Of a stretch of DNA of 49,187 nucleotides, positions 48,132 through 49,187 are shown one piece after another. Position 1 is the stretch's first letter. Every line of letters begins with the position of its first letter. The DNA lies in the NCBI GenBank assembly GCA_028719205.1, contig JAQUKH010000020.1:1-49187 (forward strand), read 5' to 3'. Source of the stretch: a bacterium (lineage in GTDB: Bacteria; JACRDZ01; JAQUKH01). Under the pieces are notes generated by a model that had not been told where the DNA came from, did not search any database, and saw nothing but the letters and a program-made list of their open reading frames with translations. A program made the translations under genes and the position numbers.

Positions 48132-49187
48132 ATGAAAACTAATTCAATTAAATTATTTATTAATAAATCACTGACAAAAATTGACAAAGATAACCGCAGA
48201 ACACTTAAAATTATCGGCTCAGCTCAAGATAAATATATATTGATCAACGGAAAAAAAACGCTGAATTTATCTTCAAATGATTACCTTGGATTGGCTAATG
48301 ATAATCGTCTTAAAGACGCAGGGATTAAAGCTTTGCGAGAGTATGGAACAAGTTCTTCTTCATCAAGGCTGATTTCCGGGAATATAAAAATACATGAAGA
48401 ATTAGAAAATGCTTTAGCTGAATATTTCCAGACAGGATCATGTCTTTTATTTAACAGCGGTTACCAGGCAAATCTCGGTGTGATTCCTGCTTTAATGGAT
48501 AAAAATGATGAAATTATCTGCGACCGGCTTTGCCATGCAAGTATTATCGACGGCATTTTACTATCGGGTGCCAGATTCAGGCGTTTTCCTCACTTTGATT
48601 ATGATATATTAGAAAATATACTTAAAAAATTACCTCAAAAAACAAAAAAACTTATTATTACGGAAAGCATATTCAGCATGAATGGCGATATTGCGGATAT
48701 TCCGGCATTATTGGAACTTGCGGTCAAATATAATTGTTTATTATACATTGATGAGGCGCATAGTTTGGGGATCCTCGGAGAAAAAGGAAAAGGCATTTTA
48801 GAAAAATATAATATTGATCCTGAAAATAATAATATAATAAGATTAGGTACACTTGGTAAAGCATTTGCAAGTTTCGGCGCTTTCATATTGGGAAATAAGA
48901 ATTTACGGGAGTTTTTAATAAACAAATCCCGCAGTTTCATATATTCTACTGCCATCCCGCCATCCGCCTCCGCGATAAGTTTAACCTCATTAAAAATAAT
49001 AGAGTCTGAACCGAAACGGCGGAAAGATCTTTGGGATTCGACTTTTTATTTTATTCAAAAACTCAAGGAATCCGGATTTGATACATTGAATACTCAAAGT
49101 CCGATAATACCGGTCCTTTTAAAGGATAATAAAACAACAATGAAATTCAGCCAAAGGCTAATTGAAAAAAATATATTCAGTCCCGGG
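48132..49187 (+). CDS. bioF: 8-amino-7-oxononanoate synthase (runs off the right edge)
   Basis: Hand translation gives SSNDYLGL, SRLISGN, HASIIDG, DEAHSLG, GTLGKAF. Confidence 0.9.
   Translation, partial: MKTNSIKLFINKSLTKIDKDNRRTLKIIGSAQDKYILINGKKTLNLSSNDYLGLANDNRLKDAGIKALREYGTSSSSSRLISGNIKIHEELENALAEYFQTGSCLLFNSGYQANLGVIPALMDKNDEIICDRLCHASIIDGILLSGARFRRFPHFDYDILENILKKLPQKTKKLIITESIFSMNGDIADIPALLELAVKYNCLLYIDEAHSLGILGEKGKGILEKYNIDPENNNIIRLGTLGKAFASFGAFILGNKNLREFLINKSRSFIYSTAIPPSASAISLTSLKIIESEPKRRKDLWDSTFYFIQKLKESGFDTLNTQSPIIPVLLKDNKTTMKFSQRLIEKNIFSPG

Noticed and set aside
48635-48955. 106-aa minus-strand ORF
   Set aside because: Antisense to bioF, which the track missed because it runs off the window.
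40021-49187. Prophage or genomic island integrated at tRNA-Leu
   Set aside because: No integrase or phage genes; downstream genes are ordinary metabolic and housekeeping genes.

Overview
Low-GC chromosomal window from a diderm (LptE, beta-barrel protein), probably anaerobic bacterium; the lineage cannot be fixed from the sequence. Left: kdpFABC-kdpD behind a c-di-AMP riboswitch, then a divergent membrane pyrophosphatase. From 10 to 18.5 kb is a nitrogen-acquisition island: amtB-glnK, two more PII genes flanking an unannotated 59-aa HTH gene, an APC permease fused to a PII domain, an outer-membrane beta-barrel protein, an alternative sigma factor and a stand-alone FMN glutamate-synthase domain. 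Main signal: four leaders in this island carry ANTAR-type twin hexaloop hairpins (AnnGnn loops) overlapping terminators. A promoter-like motif GGTTACC-N16-TACTTGTAT occurs exactly three times with identical spacing (before the porin operon, amtB and the kdp riboswitch). This suggests an antitermination-gated sigma-factor cascade linking nitrogen uptake and Kdp (inference). The rest holds an SBP-MCP pair, a Tat-exported group 1 [NiFe]-hydrogenase, housekeeping genes (asd, polX, rpsT, holA, lptE, uvrC, HU/IHF, accBC, leuB, rluD), acyl-CoA dehydrogenase-etfB, a tetraheme cytochrome c3, tRNA-Leu(CAG) with a structured downstream element, a group 3b hydrogenase operon and partial bioF.
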